DNA of 32,000 nt from Vibrio vulnificus CMCP6 (GCF_000039765.1 NC_004459.3:270001-302000); one strand, 5' to 3'; shown: positions 10,039-20,746, counted from the stretch's first letter. The notes: generated by a model from the letters alone, not told the origin. Made by a program: numbers and translations.

Positions 10039-11463
10039 TTATGCGTTTACCGGTTCGAGTTCGCCTTTGGCTTCTGCTCGCTTGTAAAACACTAAAGTGA
10101 GGGCTGCTGGCAACACAATGGCGGTCAACATCGCCAGTGCGTAAATTCCCCAAAATTGTGGTTGAATTGAGAGAATGCCAGGTAGGCCACCCACCCCGAT
10201 GCCATTTGCCATCACACCAGCACCACCACAAATTGCGGCCGCGACAGCACTACCAATCATCGCGCTAAGCATAGGGAACTTGTACTTGAGGTTGATGCCG
10301 TACATGGCAGGCTCAGTCACACCTAAATAGGCTGAAATCGCAGCGGGTACAGAGATGTCACGCTCGCCATGTTTTTTACTGATAATGATGATGCCAACAA
10401 CGGCAGACGCCTGTGCGATATTTGACAACGCAATCAGCGGCCAAATTGGCGTACCACCCATCTCTTGCATCAACTGCAAATCCACCGCGTTGGTTGTATG
10501 GTGAATACCGGTGATCACAAGTGGTGCGTACAAGAAGCCAAAAATCATTGAGCCTAACACTGCAAAGTCGCCCGTCATGGCCGCTTTTGCCGCAAATGCC
10601 ACGCCATCACCCAGCACACGGCCAAACGGGCCAATCAAAGAATGGGCAAGAATAACGGATAGGATGATCGAGACAAACGGCACCACCACGAGGTAGAGGT
10701 AAGAAGGGACGATACGTTTTAGGTTAGTTTCAATGAAAGCCAACGCAACACCTGCCAACATGGCTGGGATCACCTGCGCTTGATAGCCGACCTTTTCAAT
10801 CACAAACAGACCAAAGTCCCACACTTCTGGGGCTTGTTTACCTATTAAGTAGGCGTTCATGAGCTGCGGTGAAACCAGTGTTACACCAAGTGTAATGCCC
10901 AAAATCGGTGTCCCGCCGAGTTTCTTCACGGTAGACCAGCACACCCCTACTGGTAAGAAGAAGAAAATAGCTTCGCCAATCAACCATAAAAAGGAGTGAA
11001 CCGTTGCCCAAAACTGGCTAATCTCCGTCAATGTCTGGCCATCAAACATCTTGATGTCACCAATCACATTACGGAAACCAAGGATTAAACCACCAGTGAT
11101 GATCGCAGGGAGCAGAGGGACAAAAATTTCAGCAAGATGGGAGATTCCGCGCTCAATGATGTTCATGTTTTGACGAGCCGCCAATTTCGCATCGTCTTTG
11201 CTCGCTTCCGATTTACCTGAAATCTCAAGCAACACTTTATAGACAGCATCAACTTCCGTGCCAATCACCACTTGAAATTGACCCGCGTTGGTAAAGCATC
11301 CTTTGACCATCGACAATGTTTCGATTTGCTTAACATCGGCGGCCGACGTGTCGTTCAACACAAAGCGAAGGCGTGTCAAACAGTGGCTGACACTGGCGAT
11401 GTTGTCGCTTCCTCCGACTAGCTCGATGAGACGTTCAACGTCCTTGCGCGCTATCTTACTCAT
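10039..11463 (-). CDS. treB: PTS trehalose-specific EIIBC component
   Basis: The N-terminal EIIB motif is VSHCLTRLRF, followed by a polytopic EIIC domain. I prefer the start at MSKIARKD (the E. coli TreB N-terminus is similar); the track start at 11475 is 4 codons upstream. Confidence 0.88.
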   Translation of the reverse strand: MSKIARKDVERLIELVGGSDNIASVSHCLTRLRFVLNDTSAADVKQIETLSMVKGCFTNAGQFQVVIGTEVDAVYKVLLEISGKSEASKDDAKLAARQNMNIIERGISHLAEIFVPLLPAIITGGLILGFRNVIGDIKMFDGQTLTEISQFWATVHSFLWLIGEAIFFFLPVGVCWSTVKKLGGTPILGITLGVTLVSPQLMNAYLIGKQAPEVWDFGLFVIEKVGYQAQVIPAMLAGVALAFIETNLKRIVPSYLYLVVVPFVSIILSVILAHSLIGPFGRVLGDGVAFAAKAAMTGDFAVLGSMIFGFLYAPLVITGIHHTTNAVDLQLMQEMGGTPIWPLIALSNIAQASAVVGIIIISKKHGERDISVPAAISAYLGVTEPAMYGINLKYKFPMLSAMIGSAVAAAICGGAGVMANGIGVGGLPGILSIQPQFWGIYALAMLTAIVLPAALTLVFYKRAEAKGELEPVNA

Positions 11464-11493
11464 AACTCTGTCCACCCTATTCTGATCTACTCA

Positions 11494-11499
11494 ATTATA
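11494..11499 (-). promoter_or_regulatory. Candidate treB -10 hexamer (TATAAT on the minus strand)
   Basis: A perfect TATAAT lies about 30 nt upstream of the treB start. Operator O1 lies immediately upstream of it and overlaps the -35 zone. Confidence 0.4.
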
Positions 11500-11509
11500 G
11501 TTTTTAGAT

Positions 11510-11527
11510 AATGGGAACATTCCCATT
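11510..11527. promoter_or_regulatory. Palindromic LacI-family operator O1 (AATGGGAACATTCCCATT), putative TreR site
   Basis: Perfect 8-bp arms AATGGGAA/TTCCCATT surround a 2-bp centre. The site lies between treR and treB. Confidence 0.6.
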
Positions 11528-11564
11528 CCTTGATTTAATATTGCCAGTTTTTATAAATAAACAA

Positions 11565-11582
11565 AATGGGAACAGTCCCATT
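11565..11582. promoter_or_regulatory. Palindromic LacI-family operator O2 (AATGGGAACAGTCCCATT), putative TreR site
   Basis: This second copy of the motif has 7-bp arms and sits 55 bp from O1 centre to centre. Confidence 0.55.
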
Positions 11583-11583
11583 A

Positions 11584-11599
11584 ATTGAAAGTGATCACA
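11584..11599 (-). promoter_or_regulatory. Possible CRP half-consensus site (TGTGATCACTTTCAAT on the minus strand)
   Basis: The left half TGTGA is perfect and the right half TCAAT is imperfect. treB is CRP-dependent in E. coli. Confidence 0.3.
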
Positions 11600-11632
11600 G
11601 TCTAGATCGGAAAAACAAGAAAAATGAAAGGG

Positions 11633-12580
11633 TTAGTTTTGGATCGGTGCCTGAGTGATGTGCGAGATAGCTTCCTCACCATTCATCTGAGAAATCAGCA
11701 TCTTAGCGGCCTTTTCTCCCGCTTGCTTGTAACCGGGATCGACACTGAACACCTTTGGAAAAAGAAAAGAGAGCAACTCATTGCCACCCACACCAGTGAC
11801 ACAAACCTCTTCGCGCCCCAGTTCTTGAAGTCGCTTGATGACGCCCAAAGCCAAGGTATCGCTCGCACAGACAATCGCTTGAGTGTTTTCCGCTAACACC
11901 TCATCAACTAAGTGATAAGCACTCTCATGGTTGAGTTTGCCAGTTTGATAACGAGCTTCAACATCGTGTTTTTGGCACCACGACAAGTAGGCATTCAAAC
12001 GCGACCAGCCCGTGGTTTTATCTTCTTTATTCACACCGATATAAGCGATATGGCTCAGCGATAAAGATTGCAAGTGTTCTAACGCCAGCTCAATCACGCG
12101 CTGATTATCGTAGTTAATCGAAGACACCTCTTCCGCAGGCGTGGCAATCACCACGGCTCGATCTTGCCAACTGGCTAAGGTTTGTAGATCGATATCGGTA
12201 AAGCCAAACACAATGACGCCATCGACATTGCGACGACGCAGCACTTCTAAGTGCTCGTTGGTTTTCTCGCGATCGAACTGACTCTCCATGATCACCGCAT
12301 CGTATCCCGCTTGATACAGCACATTAAGCATACTACCTACAGCACGATTTTCTGAGGGAGAGTCGAGACGCGAGATAATTACCCCAACCACCTTCTGGCT
12401 ACCGCCACGCATCGATTGAGCGGATTTAGAAGGCACATAACCGGAATCTTGTATCACCTGTTCTACCTTCGCTCGGGTTTCAGGTTTTACCTTGGGATCA
12501 TTGGTCAGCACGCGCGAGACGGTCGATTTACCGACCCCAGACAAACGGGCAATATCAAGAATAGTCAGCTTTTTGCTCAT
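11633..12580 (-). CDS. treR: LacI-family trehalose operon repressor
   Basis: The N-terminal HTH reads TILDIARLSGVGKSTVSRVLTN, followed by a periplasmic-binding-protein-like core. It sits directly upstream of treBC. Confidence 0.85.
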   Translation of the reverse strand: MSKKLTILDIARLSGVGKSTVSRVLTNDPKVKPETRAKVEQVIQDSGYVPSKSAQSMRGGSQKVVGVIISRLDSPSENRAVGSMLNVLYQAGYDAVIMESQFDREKTNEHLEVLRRRNVDGVIVFGFTDIDLQTLASWQDRAVVIATPAEEVSSINYDNQRVIELALEHLQSLSLSHIAYIGVNKEDKTTGWSRLNAYLSWCQKHDVEARYQTGKLNHESAYHLVDEVLAENTQAIVCASDTLALGVIKRLQELGREEVCVTGVGGNELLSFLFPKVFSVDPGYKQAGEKAAKMLISQMNGEEAISHITQAPIQN

Positions 12581-12605
12581 AATAGGCCAAGAAAGACGTT
12601 CAATA

Positions 12606-12630
12606 ATAAAAAGGCCGCTTAGCGACCTTT
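12606..12630 (-). terminator. Terminator hairpin enclosing the gmhB stop codon
   Basis: On the minus strand, AAGGTCGC-taa-GCGGCCTT is followed by TTTTATTATT. The stem has one mismatch. Confidence 0.5.
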
Positions 12631-13185
12631 TACTTGTTCTTTTACATAAAGTGGCACATCACGGATGCTATCGAGCACCACGGTTGCCAGTTGCTCACCC
12701 TGCTGTGTGACAGGTTTGCCAGTGCGTACCAGAATCTTAGTTGCAACCCCTGCCGCTTCGGCAGCCATCATATCTTCGGCTTTGTCACCCACCATCACTG
12801 AGCGAGCCATATCGATTTTGAGGAAATCACGCGCTGAGATAAACATCCCAGGTTTTGGTTTGCGACAATCACAATCTTGTTTGTAATCCCCCACACCGTG
12901 TTCTGCATGGTGCGGACAGTAATAAATGCCGTCAAACTCAACGCCGTTGTCCGCAAAATTCCAATCCATCCATTGGGTCAGAGAAAGGAAGCGATCTTCG
13001 CTAAATTTGCCACGGGCAATCCCCGACTGATTGGTGACCAACACCAAAAGATACCCCATATCCTTTAGGGCCTTCGTCGCCTCAAACACCCCTTCAATGT
13101 ATTCAAAGTCGTGCTCGTCATGAACGTAACCATGATCAACGTTAATCACGCCATCACGATCCAAAAAAACAGCTGGTTTTGCCAA
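12619..13185 (-). CDS. gmhB: D-glycero-beta-D-manno-heptose-1,7-bisphosphate 7-phosphatase (HAD)
   Basis: HAD motif I (FLDRDGVIN) and the Zn site (CPHH...[10 protein letters not shown]) are present. A TTG start at 13185 gives [12 protein letters not shown] and 188 aa, matching the remembered E. coli GmhB N-terminus. The track ORF adds 39 unlikely codons. Confidence 0.85.
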   Translation of the reverse strand: MAKPAVFLDRDGVINVDHGYVHDEHDFEYIEGVFEATKALKDMGYLLVLVTNQSGIARGKFSEDRFLSLTQWMDWNFADNGVEFDGIYYCPHHAEHGVGDYKQDCDCRKPKPGMFISARDFLKIDMARSVMVGDKAEDMMAAEAAGVATKILVRTGKPVTQQGEQLATVVLDSIRDVPLYVKEQVKGR

Positions 13186-13333
13186 AGTATCTGTCTCTGT
13201 CACAAAGGAATATAAGCCGAGATTATACCTTAAAAGCGCTACATTGCGAGTTTCCAAGCCGTGAGGTACATCGTCAAAACACCCTCTATATACGAATATC
13301 AACTAACTCATAGCAAATCCGTTAGCCTCAAAC

Positions 13334-13357
13334 GAACGTTTAGACGTCTAGACGTAA
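13334..13357. promoter_or_regulatory. Three tandem MetJ boxes (GAACGTTT AGACGTCT AGACGTAA)
   Basis: The central box is a perfect AGACGTCT and is flanked by 6/8 and 6/8 matches in 8-bp register. They sit just upstream of a TTGACT-N17-TAGCAT promoter for metN. Confidence 0.7.
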
Positions 13358-13366
13358 AAATATCTA

Positions 13367-13395
13367 TTGACTTAAAAACACGAAAGCCATAGCAT
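13367..13395 (+). promoter_or_regulatory. Candidate metNIQ sigma70 promoter (TTGACT-N17-TAGCAT)
   Basis: The hexamers and spacing were read directly from the sequence. The promoter is about 60 nt upstream of the metN ATG. Confidence 0.45.
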
Positions 13396-13455
13396 CATCT
13401 GAAAAGTGAGCTAGAGCTCAAAATATTATTCTGTTGTCCCTGCACAGGTTGAGAA

Positions 13456-14490
13456 ATGATTGAAATTAACCAAGTAAATAAAGTGTTCTATCAAGGCAGT
13501 AAGGAAATCCATGCCTTGAAAGACATTAACTTACACATCGCAGAAGGCACCATTTTTGGTGTGATCGGATCATCGGGTGCAGGGAAAAGCACGCTGATCC
13601 GCTGCGTGAACATGTTAGAAGCACCAACCAGTGGTTCCATTGTGGTGGATGGTGTTGATTTAACAAAATTGAGTAAAAAGCAACTCAGCGAAACTCGCCG
13701 CAATATCGGCATGATTTTCCAGCACTTCAACTTGCTCTCTTCTCGCACTGTGTTTGACAACGTTGCACTGCCATTAGAGTTGGCTGGAAAAGACAAAGAG
13801 CAAATCCAAAGCAAAGTAACGGAGCTGCTCAAGTTGGTGGGTTTGGCTGACAAGCACGAAAGCTATCCAGCCAACTTAAGTGGTGGTCAAAAGCAACGTG
13901 TGGCGATTGCACGAGCATTGGCCAGCGATCCCAAAGTACTGCTGTGTGATGAAGCCACCAGCGCGCTGGATCCTGCGACCACTCAATCCATTTTGGAGTT
14001 GCTCAAAGAGATCAACCGCAAGCTGAAAATCACCATTTTGCTCATCACTCATGAAATGGATGTCGTGAAAAGCATCTGTCACGAAGTAGCCATCATTGGT
14101 GGCGGTGAATTGGTTGAGAAAGGCACCGTCGGTGAAATTTTTGCCCATCCTAAAACGGAATTGGCGCATGATTTTATCCGCTCAACACTGGATCTTTCTA
14201 TTCCTGAAGATTACCAAGTGCGTTTGCAACCCACTCGCGTCGCAGGCAGCTATCCTTTAGTGCGTTTGGAATTTACCGGCGCGACGGTTGATGCACCTTT
14301 GGTGTCGCAGATTTCTCGTAAATACAACATCGACATCAGCATTCTCAGTTCCGATCTCGACTACGCCGGCGGAGTGAAGTTTGGCATGATGGTCGCAGAA
14401 CTGTTTGGTAACGAAGAAGACGATAACGCAGCGATTGAATACCTGCGCGAGCACAACGTAAAAGTGGAGGTTCTGGGTTATGTCCTTTAA
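13456..14490 (+). CDS. metN: Methionine ABC transporter ATP-binding protein
   Basis: It has Walker [10 protein letters not shown], signature LSGGQKQR, Walker [12 protein letters not shown] and a C-terminal NIL-type domain. Confidence 0.93.
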   Translation: MIEINQVNKVFYQGSKEIHALKDINLHIAEGTIFGVIGSSGAGKSTLIRCVNMLEAPTSGSIVVDGVDLTKLSKKQLSETRRNIGMIFQHFNLLSSRTVFDNVALPLELAGKDKEQIQSKVTELLKLVGLADKHESYPANLSGGQKQRVAIARALASDPKVLLCDEATSALDPATTQSILELLKEINRKLKITILLITHEMDVVKSICHEVAIIGGGELVEKGTVGEIFAHPKTELAHDFIRSTLDLSIPEDYQVRLQPTRVAGSYPLVRLEFTGATVDAPLVSQISRKYNIDISILSSDLDYAGGVKFGMMVAELFGNEEDDNAAIEYLREHNVKVEVLGYVL

Positions 14491-15157
14491 TGACCTATCT
14501 CAATGGCTCAGTTTGAACACTGACCTGCTGCTGGGCGCGACTTGGCAAACGCTTTATATGGTTGCCGTTGCTGGCGTCGTTGGTTTTGCGATTGGTATTC
14601 CTTTGGGCGTGATTCTGCACACCACCAAAAAAGGTGGCTTGCTTGAAAACACCAAACTCAACAGCGTACTTGGCGCCATTGTTAATATTGGCCGCTCGGT
14701 GCCATTTTTGGTCTTGATGGTGGCGATCATTCCCGTCACAAAACTGTTAGTGGGTACATTTATCGGCACTACAGCAGCGATTGTTCCACTCACCATTGGG
14801 GCCATCCCATTTGTTGCGCGCCTGATTGAAGGAGCCTTGTTGGAAGTTCCAACTGGCCTGATTGAAGCGGCACAATCGATGGGTGCAACACCACTACAAA
14901 TCATCACTAAGGTACTGCTTCCTGAAGCATTGCCGACCATTGTTAACTCCGTCACTATTACGTTGGTAACATTGGTGAGCTACTCTGCCATGGCGGGCAC
15001 CGTTGGTGGCGGCGGTCTCGGTGACGTAGCCATTCGCTACGGTTTCCACCGCTACGATATCACTATCATGGCGGTCACTGTCGTGATGTTGATTGTGTTG
15101 GTACAAATTATTCAGTCTATCGGTGACGCCATCGTGCGCCGTGTAGACCACAGATAA
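14480..15157 (+). CDS. metI: Methionine ABC transporter permease
   Basis: It is a 5-TM permease with the EAA loop ([14 protein letters not shown]). An 11-nt overlap joins it to metN, and GGAGG lies upstream. Confidence 0.93.
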   Translation: MSFNDLSQWLSLNTDLLLGATWQTLYMVAVAGVVGFAIGIPLGVILHTTKKGGLLENTKLNSVLGAIVNIGRSVPFLVLMVAIIPVTKLLVGTFIGTTAAIVPLTIGAIPFVARLIEGALLEVPTGLIEAAQSMGATPLQIITKVLLPEALPTIVNSVTITLVTLVSYSAMAGTVGGGGLGDVAIRYGFHRYDITIMAVTVVMLIVLVQIIQSIGDAIVRRVDHR

Positions 15158-15192
15158 GCATTGAAAGATTCAAAATAATAAGGAGATTTACT

Positions 15193-16002
15193 ATGAAATT
15201 TAGCCTTAAAGGTTTACTGACCATTATTGCTGCTGCCTCAACATTGGTATTGGCTGGTTGTGGCGAAAAAGCGACTGACACGAGCAAAGTAAAAGTTGGC
15301 GTTATGGCGGGTGCCGAAGCACAAGTTGCGGAAGTCGCTGCGAAAGTAGCCAAAGAAAAATACGGCCTTGACGTGGAATTGGTCACCTTCACTGACTACG
15401 TGACACCAAACGCGGCATTGGATGACGGTTCTATCGATATCAACGCGTTCCAACACAAGCCATATCTAGATCGTCAAGTAGAAGACCGTGACTACAAACT
15501 GACCATCGCTGGCAACACTTTTGTATACCCTATCGCAGGCTACTCAAAACAAGTGAAATCGGTTGAAGAGTTGGCTGACGGCGTGCGTATTGCGGTACCA
15601 AACGATCCAACCAACCTTGGCCGCTCTCTGCTGCTTCTTGAGCAACAAGGTTTGATCAAACTACGTCCAGAAGTGGGCCTACTTGCGACCGTTCGTGACA
15701 TCGTTGAGAATCCAAAGAACATCACTATCGTCGAGCTCGATGCTGCTCAGCTTCCACGCTCACTTGACGACGTGGCTCTGTCTATCATCAACACCACTTA
15801 CGCGAGCTCTATCAACCTAACTCCGGAAAAAGACGGCGTATTTGTTGAAGACAAAGAATCTCCATACGTGAACCTGATTGTGGCTCGCCAAGACAACGTT
15901 CAAAACGAAAATGTACAGAACTTTGTTAAAGCGTACCAAACTGAAGAAGTCTACACGGCAGCAAAAGAAATCTTCAAAGGCGGCGTAGTAAAAGGCTGGT
16001 AA
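15193..16002 (+). CDS. metQ: Methionine-binding lipoprotein (NlpA family)
   Basis: A lipobox LAGC and an AAGGAG RBS are present. It holds the third position of the metNIQ operon. Confidence 0.9.
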   Translation: MKFSLKGLLTIIAAASTLVLAGCGEKATDTSKVKVGVMAGAEAQVAEVAAKVAKEKYGLDVELVTFTDYVTPNAALDDGSIDINAFQHKPYLDRQVEDRDYKLTIAGNTFVYPIAGYSKQVKSVEELADGVRIAVPNDPTNLGRSLLLLEQQGLIKLRPEVGLLATVRDIVENPKNITIVELDAAQLPRSLDDVALSIINTTYASSINLTPEKDGVFVEDKESPYVNLIVARQDNVQNENVQNFVKAYQTEEVYTAAKEIFKGGVVKGW

Positions 16003-16088
16003 TTTCGATAGAAAAAGTCGAAGTTCATCAAAACAAAAAAGGTTGGTGTGAGAGCGTCAACCCTTTTTGCATGTTGAGATTCCACTTG

Positions 16089-16865
16089 CTACTTCAAATG
16101 ATCCCAAGAGATGTTTGAGACGATACGGCAGTCGTCACATTTGAAATAAAAGATATCGTGCAGTGGCTCATCGAGTAGCCATTCACCACCACATTTCGGG
16201 CACTTGCGCGCTTGCTCTTCGGCGAGCGAATGACCGCCAACACGATATTGGTAATAGTAGGTCGGCACTTTCGTGATGTACTCAATACGGCCACGAAGAT
16301 CCCAACCTCGCTTGAACAAGACACTGTCCACGTCGCACATCTCATGCAGTGCGGCATGCTCGGCGCGACACGCCCCGGCCATCTGCAGCTCATCACACGC
16401 TTGCCATTCGGTTTGCCACTTAATCACCGCTTTGTGATCGCCATTTAACGTCGGGCCATTGCGATACAAAGGGATTGGCAGCAAAGTTTCACCGCTTCTC
16501 AGCGGCGAGCAGGTATGCACATAAGTGGTATACAGCACCTGCCAACTTGGCGTTTCGATTTCTGCCGCTTCTTCTGAGTTAATGTCTCGTCCCAGCAAGC
16601 GCATTTTGGGCGCAAGTAACGCCGCCTCTGAAAGTCGATTGAAACAAACGCGCACATAATCGGAATGATAACGCGGGTGTAAGCTCTCTTTTTCAGGGCA
16701 AACCGCACGAACAAAAAATTCCCCATCGCCCATCACAATCGGAAACTCACGCCCCAGCACTTGGCCGTTATAACGCAACGCATCCATTAGGCCATTAATC
16801 GCTTTATCGACCGCGCTGATGGTGGTGTTGTCGAAACACTCAAACTGCAATTCAACTACGTACAT
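16089..16865 (-). CDS. Zn-ribbon-containing protein, DUF2310-like (function unknown)
   Basis: The 258-aa product has a C-terminal CPKC-N19-CDDC zinc ribbon. The family assignment is from memory only. The start lies 3 nt after the syd stop. Confidence 0.6.
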   Translation of the reverse strand: MYVVELQFECFDNTTISAVDKAINGLMDALRYNGQVLGREFPIVMGDGEFFVRAVCPEKESLHPRYHSDYVRVCFNRLSEAALLAPKMRLLGRDINSEEAAEIETPSWQVLYTTYVHTCSPLRSGETLLPIPLYRNGPTLNGDHKAVIKWQTEWQACDELQMAGACRAEHAALHEMCDVDSVLFKRGWDLRGRIEYITKVPTYYYQYRVGGHSLAEEQARKCPKCGGEWLLDEPLHDIFYFKCDDCRIVSNISWDHLK

Positions 16866-16868
16866 CGG

Positions 16869-17426
<558 letters not shown>

Positions 17427-17511
17427 CTATACCTTGTGAGCCAACAAGATGGCTTTTAAACGATGGATTCAGTAAAATTCCCGCCATTCTAATCGAAAAT
17501 GACCGCAAAGT

Positions 17512-18357
17512 ATGAGCAAATATTCTGACGCGAAAGAGCTTGCTGGCCTAACGCTGGGTAAGAAAACCGACTACGCCAACCAATACGATCCTAGCTTGCT
17601 ACAGCCTGTACCACGTAGCCTCAACCGTGACGATCTTCAGTTGGGTGATGAGCTGCCCTTTATGGGCCACGACATCTGGACGTTATATGAGCTCTCTTGG
17701 CTCAACAGCAAAGGGTTGCCTCAGGTCGCGGTCGGTGAAGTGTATATCCCAGCCACCAGCGCCAACTTGATTGAATCAAAGTCATTCAAACTCTACCTCA
17801 ATAGCTACAACCAAACCCGTTTTGATAGCTGGGAAGAAGTTCGTCAACGCTTGATTACCGATCTTTCTCATTGCGCAGGCGAAGCGGTGGAAGTGGCGGT
17901 GAACTCGGTCACTCATTACACCCAGCAACCTATCGTGACGATGGAAGGGGAATGCATCGACGAACAAGACATCGACATATCCAGTTACGATTTTGATGAC
18001 CGCTTGCTCGAAGGCGCTGCGGGCGAAGAGTGGGTGACAGAAACGCTACACAGCCATCTGCTCAAATCGAACTGTTTGATCACCAATCAACCGGACTGGG
18101 GCAGCGTCGAAATTCGCTACCAAGGCCACAAGATTGATCGCGAAAAACTGTTGCGCTACCTTGTGTCATTCCGCGAACACAATGAGTTCCACGAACAGTG
18201 CGTAGAGCGCATATTCACCGACCTCATGAAATATTGTCAGCCAGAATCACTGACGGTGTTTGCTCGTTATACTCGTCGCGGTGGATTAGACATCAATCCA
18301 TACCGTTCAACCGAGCAAGCGAAGCCAGATCATAATCATCGAATGGCTCGTCAGTAA
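17512..18357 (+). CDS. queF: NADPH-dependent 7-cyano-7-deazaguanine (preQ0) reductase, two-domain type
   Basis: The QueF motif [13 protein letters not shown] and the catalytic Cys context [13 protein letters not shown] are present. Length is 281 aa. Confidence 0.92.
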   Translation: MSKYSDAKELAGLTLGKKTDYANQYDPSLLQPVPRSLNRDDLQLGDELPFMGHDIWTLYELSWLNSKGLPQVAVGEVYIPATSANLIESKSFKLYLNSYNQTRFDSWEEVRQRLITDLSHCAGEAVEVAVNSVTHYTQQPIVTMEGECIDEQDIDISSYDFDDRLLEGAAGEEWVTETLHSHLLKSNCLITNQPDWGSVEIRYQGHKIDREKLLRYLVSFREHNEFHEQCVERIFTDLMKYCQPESLTVFARYTRRGGLDINPYRSTEQAKPDHNHRMARQ

Positions 18358-18382
18358 CACGTCTGTCAAAAAGGAATTCACT

Positions 18383-20647
18383 ATGCGTTGGCAACGGTTT
18401 TTCGCAGTTTTATTTTTGCTGGTTTGCATGCAAGTGCAAGCGACCCCGCTCTCCTCAGTGCTACTCACTGAGGCTGAGCAATTGGTGGAAATTGAACCCG
18501 ACCAAGCAAAAAAAATCGTGCAGAATTACCTCACCCAACGCGAATTAACTGACAATCAAGAAAAAAGTCCGTCGGCGATTTCTCGTGAAGACGCCGATCG
18601 CACTTTGCGCACCCCAAGTGGCAGCGTTGAAGCATACAAAATCCTCGCGCAAGCGGAATTTGCTCTTGGTAATCAACGATCAGCTCTCATGCAGCTAGAG
18701 ACGGCGCAACAACTGAGCAAAACCTTCCATCTCCCTTATCTTGAGATGGAAGTCAAACTGATGCGTACCCAGTTGGAGTGGCAATACAGCAAGGACTACG
18801 CGACGGCAGAGCAAGCGCTCAAACAGATTAGTGAACAGTTGGATCAGGCCACTAACTCATTGCAAATGAGCGACAGTGTGAAATACCGTTTGCTGATGCA
18901 ACAAGCCTTGCTCGCTTCCCAGCAGAATGCGTTGCAACAAGCTGAGCAATATTATGCGCAGGCGAAAGAGCTGATCAAAAACACCCGCTCAGAAAACATC
19001 ATTATCGACTACCACATCGCGGTGGGTGAGTTTTATCTGAGCCATCAAAAGTACAACTTGGCACTGTCTGAATTGCTGTTTGGTTATTGGCAAGCGGTGG
19101 AAGGCAACAAGAGTGCTCGACTGGCCAAAGTGAACCGCCTTTTGGCACAACTGTTTGAAGAGCGACGCGTACTCGACAAAGCCCTTGAATACTTATCGCA
19201 GGCAGCCGACTTTTACGACAGCTACCCCAACTCCCCTATCCTTGCACAAGTGATGGAGCAAATGGGCGATATCTACTTCCGCCAAGGCAAGTACAACTTA
19301 GCATTAGTGCACTATTTCAATGTGCTCGACCATGACAGCTCGGCTCGCAACATCAAGCAGGTGATCAGCATTCGTTTGAACCTTGCCGCCACCTATCTGC
19401 AACTCTATAACTACCCACTGGCAGAGCAATACCTAGAGCGCGCCGAAGACGTTCTCGAGTTTTCCGATATTCCCGAGTTAAAAGCCAAAGCGGCATTAAT
19501 GAAAGCAGGATTGGCGTTTTACCAAAATGACAGCCAAGCGGTGATCAGCAACGCCAACAAAGCGTTGGAGATTGCCAACGCGCAGCCAGAAGAACAACTG
19601 AGCGTGAAGCAGAATGCTTACCAACTGCTCTCTTTGGGTTACGAGCAATCAGCACAATACGCGTTATCGCTACAAAATCTGCGCCGCTACAATAATTTGG
19701 TCAGTATTGAACAAAAAGAACTGAACCAAATCAGTGAAGATGCCTTCCGCCAACAAAAAGAATTTGCCGAGCAGACCATTCACTACATTGGCCAAGCACA
19801 ACAACTCGAAAAAGTAACGGTGGAGCACGCCAAATTTCAGAAAATCGCCTTTGCGCTATTCTTGCTCTCTCTCGTGCTTTTCTTATTGCTCATGAGACGC
19901 GGTGTGTTACTGCAACGGCAGTCGGCGCAAATCGAGCAGCTTACGAGTGATCTGTACACCCACTCACGCTCAAAGCTACGTAATCTGCGCATGTTGAACG
20001 TGAAACTCTCAAATTCATTGCGCAAAGCCAATGAAACGTTTGAGCAATGGCAGTTAGGTGAACTGATCCATGAGCCGCTCAACGATCGCTTACGCTTTGT
20101 GATGATTGATTTGCCGTTTTTGCGCAGCATGTACGTGCAGCATGGCTATAAAGCGGGCCTAGAACTTGAGCGCGCCTTTGGTGCGTTCATGAGTGAGAAA
20201 ATCCAAAAACCTGCGCGCCTCTACCACTTTTCGGATGCCAATTTGCTTTATATCGAACCCAATGCCGAGCGCGATTATTCAGCTGAGGCGGTTTTTAGTA
20301 AAGTGCAAGCGTGGGTAGATGAGTTTGCCGCTGAACACGCGGTCAACCGAACCGTTCGAATGGGCATGGCCGATTACCCATTTTTGCCGCGCGCCTACAC
20401 GGCGATCAACGATCAAGAGCTGCTTGATTTGCTGTTGCTCGCAACTCATCTTGCTCGTGAAGTCAGTTTGACAGACAAGTGCAGCCATTACGTTTATCTT
20501 AAAGCCATAGAGAATGCCCCCGCAGCAAGCCTTGCAACTGGTAACATAAGAAATGCCTGCCAGCAGGCCATCCATCAAGGCTTAATAAAGATACACTCGT
20601 CGTATCAGAATGAGGACAACCTCAAAAAATTATTAAAAAGTGAATAA
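18383..20647 (+). CDS. Membrane-anchored protein: signal peptide, ~450-aa periplasmic TPR-like repeat region, one TM, C-terminal degenerate GGDEF-like domain
   Basis: The signal peptide is MRWQRFFAVLFLLVCMQVQA. Repeated A/Y/L-rich helical pairs look TPR-like, and the TM is IAFALFLLSLVLFLLLM. The C-terminus aligns by eye to a GGDEF fold (FVMIDLPFLRSMYVQHGYKAGLELE...), but FSDAN (20228-20242) replaces the signature motif. Confidence 0.6.
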   Translation: MRWQRFFAVLFLLVCMQVQATPLSSVLLTEAEQLVEIEPDQAKKIVQNYLTQRELTDNQEKSPSAISREDADRTLRTPSGSVEAYKILAQAEFALGNQRSALMQLETAQQLSKTFHLPYLEMEVKLMRTQLEWQYSKDYATAEQALKQISEQLDQATNSLQMSDSVKYRLLMQQALLASQQNALQQAEQYYAQAKELIKNTRSENIIIDYHIAVGEFYLSHQKYNLALSELLFGYWQAVEGNKSARLAKVNRLLAQLFEERRVLDKALEYLSQAADFYDSYPNSPILAQVMEQMGDIYFRQGKYNLALVHYFNVLDHDSSARNIKQVISIRLNLAATYLQLYNYPLAEQYLERAEDVLEFSDIPELKAKAALMKAGLAFYQNDSQAVISNANKALEIANAQPEEQLSVKQNAYQLLSLGYEQSAQYALSLQNLRRYNNLVSIEQKELNQISEDAFRQQKEFAEQTIHYIGQAQQLEKVTVEHAKFQKIAFALFLLSLVLFLLLMRRGVLLQRQSAQIEQLTSDLYTHSRSKLRNLRMLNVKLSNSLRKANETFEQWQLGELIHEPLNDRLRFVMIDLPFLRSMYVQHGYKAGLELERAFGAFMSEKIQKPARLYHFSDANLLYIEPNAERDYSAEAVFSKVQAWVDEFAAEHAVNRTVRMGMADYPFLPRAYTAINDQELLDLLLLATHLAREVSLTDKCSHYVYLKAIENAPAASLATGNIRNACQQAIHQGLIKIHSSYQNEDNLKKLLKSE

Positions 20648-20746
20648 TTCTCAAGCAATCAAACCGTAAGAGAGATGACGCTATAATGTTTTTTGTTATT
20701 ATCGAACTCATTCTTTAGTCGTACATGGACCGTGTTGTAGTTCTTA

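Noticed and set aside
11510-11582. Repeated AATGGGAAC..CCCATT motif as a possible CRISPR or other repeat array
   Set aside because: There are only two copies. Each is palindromic and they sit in a promoter region next to a LacI-family repressor gene. An operator interpretation is far more economical.
14554-14955. 133-aa antisense ORF inside metI; similar ORFs lie inside metN, metQ, thiI, gcvA, rlmM, the GGDEF genes and others
   Set aside because: All lie opposite well-supported genes, have no recognisable domains and no start context. I treated them as frame shadows.
16031-16070. Possible terminator between metQ and the Zn-ribbon gene
   Set aside because: The stem is only 5 bp (GGTTG/CAACC) with a 12-nt loop. 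It is flanked by A and T runs, but it is too weak to list as a confident feature.
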